From: Aeromicrobium sp. | GTDB lineage: Bacteria; Actinomycetota; Actinomycetes; Propionibacteriales; Nocardioidaceae | NCBI GenBank assembly: GCA_040394025.1 | Contig: JBEBSZ010000004.1 | Coordinates: 38,492 to 102,491 of the forward strand | Length of the DNA: 64,000 nucleotides | Direction: 5' to 3' | In this document: positions 1-8,409 of the stretch, piece after piece | Position numbering within the stretch: position 1 is the stretch's first letter | How the letters are laid out: the number at the start of each line of letters is the position of its first letter | Position numbers and translations under genes: made by a program | The notes under the pieces: generated by a model | What the model was told of the DNA's origin: nothing | The model's input: only the letters and a program-made list of their open reading frames with translations | Database searches by the model: none

Positions 1-545
1 CCAGCCGTATCCACAACCGCGGGTTTGACCGGTTTTGGAGACACCGTATTCGGTGTAGTCGGCCCAACCACCAATCCGTGTCACCGCCACTGATGCTGCC
101 TGAGCCTGCGGGATGATTACCGTGGTTACGTTGTCGCCATGCGGGTTGGCTAATGGCATGTTGACGTTCCCGTCAGCATCAACAATCGCACCCAACCCAT
201 CAAGGCTGGGCGTGAATCGCATGAGATAGCCGTCGTGGTTTGTGGCCCAGGCTGGGTTATCTGAATCATCACCATAGTGACGCAACAAACTACTCGTGCT
301 GGTTCCATCCGTTGTGGTTTGGGTGAGTCGTCTGCCGGCTGGATCTAACTCAAACGTCGTTGTCACACCGTCTTGGGTGATCGAGTGGGCTAGGTCATCA
401 TCAAAATAGGTGACCCCAATATCCCCTAGTGACGCTTCGGGAGCGTCGGTTGCTGGGATCAGGGTTTGGCGACCAAACCCGTCATACACATAATCCGTGC
501 CGTCACCCGCTTTGAGTGGCCTGTCATACCCGTCATAGGTGTAGG
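1..545. repeat. Copy A of the ~0.54 kb rhs core-end repeat (pairs with 1809-2350)
   Basis: Direct alignment by eye shows long identical runs, e.g. acaccgtattcggtgtagtc, gtcgccatgcgggttggctaatggcatgttgacgtt and ggcgtgaatcgcatgagatagccgtc. Similarity is lower (about 84% in the first 120 nt by my count) near position 1 and higher further in. Homology ends near 545. Confidence 0.9.
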
Positions 546-588
546 CAATAGCGCCCTTTGGATCAGTCATCGACACAATCTTCCTCAT
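1..588 (-). CDS. Orphan Rhs/YD-repeat C-terminal cassette (start in window, toxin tip runs off the left edge)
   Basis: The minus frame is open from ATG 588 (second in-frame ATG at 570, GGGGG Shine-Dalgarno-like run just upstream) to position 1. My translation is MRKIVSMTDPKGAIAYTYDGYDRPLKAGDGTDYVYDGFGRQTLIPATDAPEASLGDIGVTYFDDDLAHSITQDGVTTTFELDPAGRRLTQTTTDG...GGWADYTEYGVSKTGQTRGCGYGW. This parallels the last YD repeats and core of the full Rhs at 1809-2350. It is absent from the ORF track because it has no stop in the window. Confidence 0.75.
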   Translation of the reverse strand, partial: MRKIVSMTDPKGAIAYTYDGYDRPLKAGDGTDYVYDGFGRQTLIPATDAPEASLGDIGVTYFDDDLAHSITQDGVTTTFELDPAGRRLTQTTTDGTSTSSLLRHYGDDSDNPAWATNHDGYLMRFTPSLDGLGAIVDADGNVNMPLANPHGDNVTTVIIPQAQAASVAVTRIGGWADYTEYGVSKTGQTRGCGYGW

Positions 589-637
589 AGTGCCCCCATG
601 GCTCTCCCAATTGGAACCCAAACTGTGATGTGACAAG

Positions 638-823
638 TCACTTCGTCTCGCCTAGCGCCTTCTTCTGAAAATAATGACTCCCCGCAAGTACGAAACCACC
701 AGCAAATACAACTGCTAGCCACCAAACCGCATCATGTGGATTGTAAAAATATGCAAGCAAAAAAGCAGTAATATTCGCCGCCAGTATCCACAACCACAAC
801 CAAGAATTAGCCAAAAGTGTCAC
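638..823 (-). CDS. Small 2-TM membrane protein, second candidate immunity/accessory protein
   Basis: The track ORF 638..883 starts at TTG 883 and overlaps the upstream ORF by 64 nt. An in-frame GTG at 823 instead forms a GTGA start/stop overlap with the upstream ORF (stop 822-820). This gives VTLLANSWLWLWILAANITAFLLAYFYNPHDAVWWLAVVFAGGFVLAGSHYFQKKALGETK, with two hydrophobic helices. Confidence 0.5.
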   Translation of the reverse strand: MTLLANSWLWLWILAANITAFLLAYFYNPHDAVWWLAVVFAGGFVLAGSHYFQKKALGETK

Positions 824-1197
824 CAATGCCCACCGATCTCCATGCCCATTGACCAACTTAGAAGCAACGAAATTGTGAACCAAACTACAAGGACGTTAGA
901 AGGCGACTCATTAAGTTCCCCTGCATCTTCATTTTCCCAAGTCCAAAGATAGGTTAAATACAAACCTGGTCGGCCTGCACTGCCTACGAGAACCATGACC
1001 AACACAGTTGACAAATACACGCTCGCGGGTAAACCAAAGCCGCTCGGGTTTGACGACTCAATTACTAGAACTGCGACTGGGAGAGAAAGCCAAATCAAAC
1101 TCACGGAAACCACTGCCTTAGCAGACAAACCTAGCTTGTTCTTTTCACGCCAAGTCAAGATCATCGCACCAAGTGACAGTCCGATCAAGAACGCCAT
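820..1197 (-). CDS. Polytopic (about 4-TM) membrane protein, candidate Rhs immunity protein
   Basis: 125 aa with hydrophobic segments MAFLIGLSLGAMILTW, AVVSVSLIWLSLPVAVLVI, VYLSTVLVMVLVGSA and VLVVWFTISLLLSW. ATG 1197 overlaps the last codons of rhs (stop 1185-1187), the usual position of an rhsI gene. Confidence 0.6.
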   Translation of the reverse strand: MAFLIGLSLGAMILTWREKNKLGLSAKAVVSVSLIWLSLPVAVLVIESSNPSGFGLPASVYLSTVLVMVLVGSAGRPGLYLTYLWTWENEDAGELNESPSNVLVVWFTISLLLSWSMGMEIGGHW

Positions 1198-4100
1198 GAA
1201 ATCCCCTGCTGCAATAAGTAGTAATTCGCAGAAACGCTACGTTGGTATGTACGAGATCGGCCTTGTTTCTTAGCACCTCTAACTACCATGCCGCTAACCC
1301 CGCCGTTTCGGAAGAAACGGACTGTCTTGGCTTTAGCTGCGCGTGCCGTACTCACCTTGACTGCTCCAGATTTTGATCGAGCTAACGGCCGAGTGTACTT
1401 AGCCACTCTTGCGCCTCCTAGCACAACGTTTGCTGCGGTACCCACCATCTGTTTTTTCGCCTTCTTCTTGGAGCCACCGGCCAAATACAATCCGGCAGAA
1501 GCAGCACCTAAAGCCGCCGAGGCAGCCGAACATTGTGGGCAGAACGGGATCAAGCCAATCAGACTACTTCCTTTCGATAACCATTTCGCTGCCCAAAGCG
1601 CGCGCTTTTTCCACTTTTTCTTTTTAGATTTTTGTCCGTCGAGGTCGAATTGGTTGATGGGGTCTTGGGGGTAGGTGTAGGCGGTGGTGTTACCGCCCGG
1701 GACGGGGTCCACGGAAGTGAATGCTCCGCGGACAGGGTTATAGAGCCTAGATCCCATGAGGGTCAGGCCGGCGGTTTCTGGCATTGTGGCGCGTTCGTGA
1801 CTGCCGAGCCAGCCGTATCCCCAACCCCGGGACTGGCCAGTCTTACTCACACCGTATTCGGTGTAGTCGACCCAACCACCAATCCGTGTCACAGGTTCTG
1901 ATGCTGCCTGCGCCTCCGGGATGATCACGGTGGTGACGTTGTCGCCATGCGGGTTGGCTAATGGCATGTTGACGTTACCGTCGGCATCAACAATGGCACC
2001 GAGCCCATCCAAGCTGGGCGTGAATCGCATGAGATAGCCGTCTTGGTTGGTGGCCCAGGCTGGGTTATCGGAATCGTCACCATACTGGCGTAGGAAACTC
2101 GTTGTGGTGGTTCCATCCGTTGTGGTTTGGGTGAGGCGTCTGCCGACTGGATCTAACCCAAAGGTCGTCGTCACACCGTCTTGGGTAATCGAATGAGCCA
2201 GATCGTCATCAAAATAGGTGACCCCAATATCCCCCAGTGATTCTTCGGGAGCGTCCGCGGCGGGGATCAGGGTTTGGCGACCAAACCCGTCATAGAGGTA
2301 ATCCGTGCCGTCACCTGCTTTGAGTGGCCTGTCATATCCGTCATAGTCGTGGGTTGTATCAGTATCGACACCGACCCAGAAACAATCCCCACTCGATGTG
2401 GACGAGGTCTTAAACCTCGTCCGGTTCCCGTTCTTATCAAAGGAATATTCCCGGCGAGTACACGGTGCTTGCGGGTCACCAGACGTGTCATTATCGAGCG
2501 TGATCCCCGTATCGGCGGCCGTGCGATCATCAACACGCGTCAGACGGCCAGCAAAATCATAAATATAACGTTTATCTGCTGCTAATCCCGCGCCTGCTGT
2601 TGGTGCTTCAATATCGGCCGGATCGGTGACTCCCGGAATACCTTCAAACACGGCACCAGCACCATTCCATTCTGCGATCACCCGGCCCGCAATGTCATAC
2701 TTACGTGACCAGGCCATCCACGGTTGATCGGCTAAGGGTTCACCAGGAATCCACGTGGTTTCCCCCGTCTCGGGGTCAATTTCTTCAGTCACGGGCGTGA
2801 TTTGTCCGGTGTAGGTCATCGTGTCGAGTTGGCCAACTTCATCGAATGTTGATTCAACCGCAAGCTTGCCGGGCATCGATTGACGTATCAGGTTCCCATC
2901 CGCGTCATAGGCTGCCTTATAGGTCAGGTTTCCGGCCCCATTGCCGCGTGAGACGACGAGTTTGGTGACCTGGCCGCGACGTTCCAGTTTCCCGTTCGCA
3001 TCTGGACCGTCATAGGTGTAGGTGACGGTGCCCTTCGGGTCAGTCACCTCAGAAATATTTCCTGCCGCATCATAAGCCGTAGTCGTCGTCGCGCCACCAG
3101 AGTTGGTGTAGGAGGTTTCACGCCCCCACCCGTCAAACGTGCGCGTAATCGCCGTACTCGTGCCCACGTTTTGTGTGGCAGTCACCAATCCCGTCGTGTC
3201 GTCATACACGCTCTTGGTGCCCGGGCGAGCTATCGAACCGGGGATGGTGGATGTTTCGGTGACCGTGTCAACGCGGTCTTTCGCGTCATAGGTCGTCGTT
3301 GTCGTACGCGAAACAGATACGCCACCCTTGGTAGCGGTTTCGGTCACGACAGTGGGTTGCCACCATTTGTTGTATTCATAGGTGGTTGCGGGCAAAGAAT
3401 CAGTGCCCCCACTGCCAGCAACTGTGCCGCCAGGACCCGTTTGGCAGACCATGCCTTCCCATTCGGGATGGTTCCCGCAATCGCTGATACTCGGATGCGG
3501 GCCGGTGGTGTAATAGAACGTTTTGGTTGTTCCCGGATCATTACTCGATGTTGCCAACGGTTGGCGCACCTCGATCACCCGGCCACGATCGTCATACCGT
3601 GTACGCGTGACGATATCGTTGGCCGTGTTCGGGAAAAACACTTCACGTTGAGCCACGGTGGTGGCTTGGCCCATATCCCAGCCCGACTTGTCACCGGACT
3701 CGATCGGGGCGTAGCCGGTGATGGTGTCGGTGATCATTCCTACGTCACTGCCACCAGCTTCGCGGCCGAAGAGTTGGGTGCGGGTCACCAAACCATAGGG
3801 TTTTTCGGTCGCGGGGTTCTTATTGCTGTTGGGTGCACCTTGATCATAGGTGTATTTCGTATGGGGGCGTAAACCTTGTAACGACACGAAATTGGCGATT
3901 GCTTCACGCCTGGGTTCGAGCACGCTTCGCACATTCGACTGGTCGTCATAGATTGTTTGGGTACTCCAGGCGTCTGCCTCGCCAGCGGTCATACCCGGAT
4001 TGTCGGTAGCGTGAGTGATGGCACCGGTGTCGAGTTCACGAATGACTCGGCCTTCACTGTCATAGTCTGTGGCATCAATCAGCCACCTGCCGGCACCATA

Positions 4101-7100
4101 GTTCGCGGTATTGACGGTATAGCCGTCATCGGTGGCGTATTGGATGGCCGCATACGTCCAATCATCGGATGTTGGGGCGGGCGTTGGGTTGGTGAGTGTG
4201 CCGTCCCAGGGATAGTCCGAACTCAAGACCGCATATCCGGCTTCCGGTGCACGGCTTTGATGCCAGTTAGCGATGGTCGATGCAGCAAGGTCCGGCATAT
4301 GGTTGCCGTCGCCTGCCGGGTCGATCCCGTAGTGGTACCGGGCTAATGCCACCGATCCCGGAGGTGGTGTGGCCTGATGGCTGGTGTTCCAACTTGAGGC
4401 ACCGACGGGGTCGCGGGTGATCATCGACAGTTTCTGATTGCCTTCTCCGGGTTGGTGCCAGAAACGGAACGGAGCAAGCCCGGCTGGAGTGATGACTGTG
4501 AGTCGACTGGTATCGGTTTGCCACCCATAGGTGGTGGTCAAACCAGAACGAACATCGGTCGCAGTAACCAACCGTTGCAGTGAATCGTAGGTATATGATG
4601 CCATCGATTCGGTCACGAACTTGTTGTCGCCAAGTTTCGCCGGATCCCACACGGTCGCTGACACCTGTTTGACTTGACCAGTCGCATCTCCGCCACTGTT
4701 TGATGTCCCATATTCAATGTCAAGGCTTGAACATCCGCGTGCGGTTGGCAACCACGCGCCGGTTATGGGGCAATCGGCCATGGTTTTACCTACCGGAACC
4801 GACACAATCTTGGTCACACGTTTACTATCGACACCGGTGCCCGGGAAATAGAAGGTGTGAGCCGCGTTCGTTTCAGATGGGTCGATAACGCCATGCGGAC
4901 GCCAGGTGTTGAGGGTGTTGGCATTCAGGGTTGCGGTCGGTGCCCACGTGGTGATCGTGCCATCAAACTCCGTCGCCTCAAACACCACACTGCTGGGTGT
5001 GCCGGTAGCAGTCTTAAGGACGAGCCGAATATCAGAGTCTTCGGTCTCATCAGTCATCGGCACATACACTGCTTGCCCACTGGTGCGGGCATGCGTTTTG
5101 CGAACCCCGCTTGGGTGGGCCCACACCAACACGGTTCCGTCTTCTGGGTCGGTCAGTGACACCGTGCCACTGGTGTGAGTCGCATCATCAAACACCCATT
5201 CGGCCATGCCTGAGAGCGCACCAAATTCAGCCGTCCAACCGGGACCAAAAATGCCGCGCACTTCATCATCGAGGCTGCCGTCACTGCCAAAGGACGAATA
5301 GGAGCGTGCCACACTCATTGTGGCGACATCAACATCGGTCTCATCAGTGACATATTCTCCAGTAAAGAGAGCCACCTGGGCCGCATCGGCAGAACCGTCA
5401 ACAGGGAACCCATCACCAAAAGCGCTCGGCAGACGTACCACCGTCGACGGTGCACTGGTCACGTCACAAATGTTCGAATTGCCAAGAACATGCACACACG
5501 CGCGGACTTCTAAGGTCACCGGCCGTCTGGCCAACGAAGAATCAAGATCGAGTGTAGAAAGGTTAAACGCACCAGAAACCCTCGTGAGCCCGTCGTTGTC
5601 AGCTAGCGTGAGAGTCCCGTGGTCTTGCCATTCAGCATTCTCATCACTTGCTCCGGCCAGACGGTATTGGATCGAGCCATGAAACGCCACAATCGATGTG
5701 GGCAGTAACCCGTTAACCGGAAGTGTTCCGGTTGACGTCACGCCGCTGGCCGGTTTATCAAGCGTGGCCAATCCAAAACCCATTTCGATCTTACGATCAG
5801 CAGACAGCACGCTCGGAGTCAGCGCGCGGGCAATAAACGTATGCGTACCGGCCGTATTAGGAATCGTGAAATTCTTCTTCGTTGTCTCTGGATCAGACGA
5901 CTGGGTGATCGCCCAATCAGCAATCTTTTTCTCACCGGAATACAACTCGATCTTGCTGGGAGCAGAAAAACCAGAACCGGCTGCCGTCACCGTACACGTA
6001 ATCTCATTATCGGGAAGCGGATCTGACCAGAAGCCGTGACCATAGGGGTCCGGGCACGAAATCACGGGCGCAGCAGGAACAGTCGCCGCAACACGCAAGG
6101 TCCGCCAATCTGACCATGAAGCATTCGAAAGTCCACGCTCATCGGTGGCTGCTGCACGCACATACACTTCGGTGTTATCTGTGAGTTCAGTCGTCGGTTG
6201 GCAGCGTCCAGAACTGCCCGAAGCGACCAAACTGCTTGTGCATTCAGCTAGCTTGGTACCGCTCGTGGCCGTTTTTGACGAGTGAATCTCAAATTTCAGT
6301 TTGTATTTACTTTGATCTGGATCCGAGGTAATCGAACGTAAAACAGGTTTAGTATCCGACACATAAATTGCTGTTTCGCCACCCGGTGGGGTGTAGGAAT
6401 AGCCGCCGTCAACCCCCGGCGCATTCGGTTTATTCGGAGGACGATTATAGGTAAACGTGATCATCGGATCATCGCTTGTTTCCGACGACCGGAAACGCTT
6501 CCAGCCAAAGTTATCGGTCTCGCTACTCGCCTTGAGACGAATACCCACCGTTTTCGCAGACTGTCCCGCCCACGTCTTGGCTTGACTCGTGATGTCGGCC
6601 GTCACCCGCCCAGCCTTACACGACGACGAGTAACCCTTCGCGACAGTCACCGTCTTCAACAACGTCGATGCTGAAGGCTGAGCACTCCACTTTGTGCTCG
6701 TTGACGCAGTACCAGCAGCATGAACCTGCATCGGTTTCGCCGTACACGACCACGAATGGTATTCATACACCGACACTTTGGCATTCACAATATCTTTACC
6801 GACCAAAGCATCAGTCTTAAAATTCAAGAAACTACGCAATACATCCGTGCCACCGTTATACGTACCCACCCGCAAATCCGTACTCGTGTGATAGGTCGTG
6901 TTTGGGTTCGCCTTCGACACCTCGGTATCAAAATTGGTAATGATGTTCACTGACGCATATGTCGGATCAACCGTGATTGGAAAGACCCGATCCTTCGCAG
7001 CAAACCAAGCCCGATCAACACTCAACCGCACTCGCGTGTCTTGACCTTCACCCACAAGTGTCATCGCCACATCAATCTCATTGACCCGGTTCAACGATTG

Positions 7101-8180
7101 CGGATCAACCTGACCATCCCAAGCACGAGGCGCTGTTAGTACCGACACCTCATCACCCGATTCGTCAACAAAACTGATACTGCCGTCCTTTAATGGTTGT
7201 GCCGTCAAGCCCGTCGTATCAATTCCGAACTCCCACCAAGGATCACCCGAAGAGTGACTGGTCAGCACCCGATCGCGGGCCGCATCGTTCATGATCTGAA
7301 CATCCCACTGGAAACCAGAACGACGACTCGACACCACCACATCCACACCAGCAGCAACATCCTCATAACGGGCTTGACCGCCCTTAATGACAGGTGCAGG
7401 CAACACCCCCGGCCACACCAAACCCACCGTGCGATCACCGGATTCAGCTACCTGAACCAAACTCGAACCCTTCACAGCACGCTCGCGAGTCTTGCCGAGA
7501 ACATCGTGATCTTCGATCTTCTTAGACTCACCAGACAGACCGGGCGTATCAACTTCGTTCGCCTCGCTGGTGCCATCGGGTCGTGAAAGTGGTTTCTCGA
7601 TCCGCGATGTCTCGTCGGTCGAAACATCTGGAGACTCAGTCACAGATTTCTCAGAATCTGAAACCGAAACCGACGTCACCATCGACACCGAACCTAGCTT
7701 CGAGCCGTCAGCGCCTTGCGACTTTCCTGCAACCTGCACACCCAACGGATGCGCCACAACACCAGCAGTACCACCCGCCCCTGCACGCATCGCTAAATCA
7801 ACATCCCTCCACTCGCCCGTATCCTCATCTCGAAAACGAATCTGTCCCTGATGCGCATCCGTCGTCAAGGTTCCATCGGGATTCACCCACGTCGAAGAAA
7901 ACTCATCACGCAAATCGGCCACCTCCACCGGCTTACCTGAAGCACGCGCCGAGACCTGGGCAGAAACCACGTCAGGAGCAACACCATCAGGCAACTGCTG
8001 TTGCCCAAACAGCAACCCATCTGTCGAGGAATCATCCGGCGTTTCCGAATCCAGATCCCGAGCAGCTATCGCTCCTGGCGACATCGACAGCAACACGGCC
8101 ACCGATACCCCAGTAATCAATAACCGCAGCCAAACAAACCGAGACACAACAAACCGAAACATCGCCGAACTCCCGATCAA
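1185..8180 (-). CDS. Secreted Rhs/YD-repeat polymorphic toxin (WapA-like), 2331 aa
   Basis: Sec-type signal (MFRFVVSRFVWLRLLITGVSVAVLLSMSPGAIA/ARD; ATG 8162 is a likelier start than TTG 8180). Then an acidic S/T-rich linker, a beta-sandwich/CBM-like module (tentatively DNRLRE-type, about aa 400-590) and Ig/FN3-like segments. Many YD repeats follow (YDDRGRVIEV, YDAKDRVDTV, FDGWGRETSY, YDAAGNISEVTDPKG, YDADGNLIRQ, YIYDFAGRLTRV, YSFDKNGNRTRF, YLYDGFGRQT). The Rhs core end reads RLYNPVRGAFTSVDPVPGG..YTYPQDPINQFDLDGQ, followed by a divergent 147-aa tip. Confidence 0.95.
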   Translation of the reverse strand: MIGSSAMFRFVVSRFVWLRLLITGVSVAVLLSMSPGAIAARDLDSETPDDSSTDGLLFGQQQLPDGVAPDVVSAQVSARASGKPVEVADLRDEFSSTWVNPDGTLTTDAHQGQIRFRDEDTGEWRDVDLAMRAGAGGTAGVVAHPLGVQVAGKSQGADGSKLGSVSMVTSVSVSDSEKSVTESPDVSTDETSRIEKPLSRPDGTSEANEVDTPGLSGESKKIEDHDVLGKTRERAVKGSSLVQVAESGDRTVGLVWPGVLPAPVIKGGQARYEDVAAGVDVVVSSRRSGFQWDVQIMNDAARDRVLTSHSSGDPWWEFGIDTTGLTAQPLKDGSISFVDESGDEVSVLTAPRAWDGQVDPQSLNRVNEIDVAMTLVGEGQDTRVRLSVDRAWFAAKDRVFPITVDPTYASVNIITNFDTEVSKANPNTTYHTSTDLRVGTYNGGTDVLRSFLNFKTDALVGKDIVNAKVSVYEYHSWSCTAKPMQVHAAGTASTSTKWSAQPSASTLLKTVTVAKGYSSSCKAGRVTADITSQAKTWAGQSAKTVGIRLKASSETDNFGWKRFRSSETSDDPMITFTYNRPPNKPNAPGVDGGYSYTPPGGETAIYVSDTKPVLRSITSDPDQSKYKLKFEIHSSKTATSGTKLAECTSSLVASGSSGRCQPTTELTDNTEVYVRAAATDERGLSNASWSDWRTLRVAATVPAAPVISCPDPYGHGFWSDPLPDNEITCTVTAAGSGFSAPSKIELYSGEKKIADWAITQSSDPETTKKNFTIPNTAGTHTFIARALTPSVLSADRKIEMGFGLATLDKPASGVTSTGTLPVNGLLPTSIVAFHGSIQYRLAGASDENAEWQDHGTLTLADNDGLTRVSGAFNLSTLDLDSSLARRPVTLEVRACVHVLGNSNICDVTSAPSTVVRLPSAFGDGFPVDGSADAAQVALFTGEYVTDETDVDVATMSVARSYSSFGSDGSLDDEVRGIFGPGWTAEFGALSGMAEWVFDDATHTSGTVSLTDPEDGTVLVWAHPSGVRKTHARTSGQAVYVPMTDETEDSDIRLVLKTATGTPSSVVFEATEFDGTITTWAPTATLNANTLNTWRPHGVIDPSETNAAHTFYFPGTGVDSKRVTKIVSVPVGKTMADCPITGAWLPTARGCSSLDIEYGTSNSGGDATGQVKQVSATVWDPAKLGDNKFVTESMASYTYDSLQRLVTATDVRSGLTTTYGWQTDTSRLTVITPAGLAPFRFWHQPGEGNQKLSMITRDPVGASSWNTSHQATPPPGSVALARYHYGIDPAGDGNHMPDLAASTIANWHQSRAPEAGYAVLSSDYPWDGTLTNPTPAPTSDDWTYAAIQYATDDGYTVNTANYGAGRWLIDATDYDSEGRVIRELDTGAITHATDNPGMTAGEADAWSTQTIYDDQSNVRSVLEPRREAIANFVSLQGLRPHTKYTYDQGAPNSNKNPATEKPYGLVTRTQLFGREAGGSDVGMITDTITGYAPIESGDKSGWDMGQATTVAQREVFFPNTANDIVTRTRYDDRGRVIEVRQPLATSSNDPGTTKTFYYTTGPHPSISDCGNHPEWEGMVCQTGPGGTVAGSGGTDSLPATTYEYNKWWQPTVVTETATKGGVSVSRTTTTTYDAKDRVDTVTETSTIPGSIARPGTKSVYDDTTGLVTATQNVGTSTAITRTFDGWGRETSYTNSGGATTTTAYDAAGNISEVTDPKGTVTYTYDGPDANGKLERRGQVTKLVVSRGNGAGNLTYKAAYDADGNLIRQSMPGKLAVESTFDEVGQLDTMTYTGQITPVTEEIDPETGETTWIPGEPLADQPWMAWSRKYDIAGRVIAEWNGAGAVFEGIPGVTDPADIEAPTAGAGLAADKRYIYDFAGRLTRVDDRTAADTGITLDNDTSGDPQAPCTRREYSFDKNGNRTRFKTSSTSSGDCFWVGVDTDTTHDYDGYDRPLKAGDGTDYLYDGFGRQTLIPAADAPEESLGDIGVTYFDDDLAHSITQDGVTTTFGLDPVGRRLTQTTTDGTTTTSFLRQYGDDSDNPAWATNQDGYLMRFTPSLDGLGAIVDADGNVNMPLANPHGDNVTTVIIPEAQAASEPVTRIGGWVDYTEYGVSKTGQSRGWGYGWLGSHERATMPETAGLTLMGSRLYNPVRGAFTSVDPVPGGNTTAYTYPQDPINQFDLDGQKSKKKKWKKRALWAAKWLSKGSSLIGLIPFCPQCSAASAALGAASAGLYLAGGSKKKAKKQMVGTAANVVLGGARVAKYTRPLARSKSGAVKVSTARAAKAKTVRFFRNGGVSGMVVRGAKKQGRSRTYQRSVSANYYLLQQGISWRS
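1809..2350. repeat. Copy B of the rhs core-end repeat (inside the main rhs gene)
   Basis: Same alignment as for copy A, in the same orientation (direct repeat), about 1.26 kb apart. Confidence 0.9.
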
Positions 8181-8409
8181 AACAGCACCAGAACCACAAG
8201 GAATTCAAGAACAATGACACAAACAACGGGCCAAAAGTGACTCCCGTCACATAAGGTGTAGCAAAATCACCCACCCGAACCACAGACGTAGCACAAAAGA
8301 GCTACGACGCGTTAGTGGATTTCAATACCATCTCGGCGGGGTGAAAACAATGCAGGTTAACCTGACACCCAAATGGAACCACCATGGTCGACCGCTGAAT
8401 GGTGACGTG

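Noticed and set aside
638-1197. Idea that 820..1197 and 638..883 are one immunity gene split by a frameshift
   Set aside because: An in-frame GTG at 823 gives a clean GTGA stop/start coupling and two self-contained TM proteins, so no frameshift is needed. It cannot be fully excluded without homologs.
1288-1901. Plus-strand ORFs (128, 72 and 89 aa) antisense to the Rhs tip region
   Set aside because: They lie opposite the continuous 2331-aa Rhs frame. They have low-complexity Ala/Pro/Phe-rich translations, no start-site signals and no recognisable motifs. They are most simply explained as open antisense frames that arise by chance.
2267-8116. Numerous 60-233-aa ORFs on both strands inside the rhs gene (e.g. 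3171..3872 +, 7583..8116 +)
   Set aside because: All are nested in or antisense to the YD-repeat frame, which is strongly supported by repeat motifs. Their translations are Arg/Pro/Gly-rich, as expected for out-of-frame reading.
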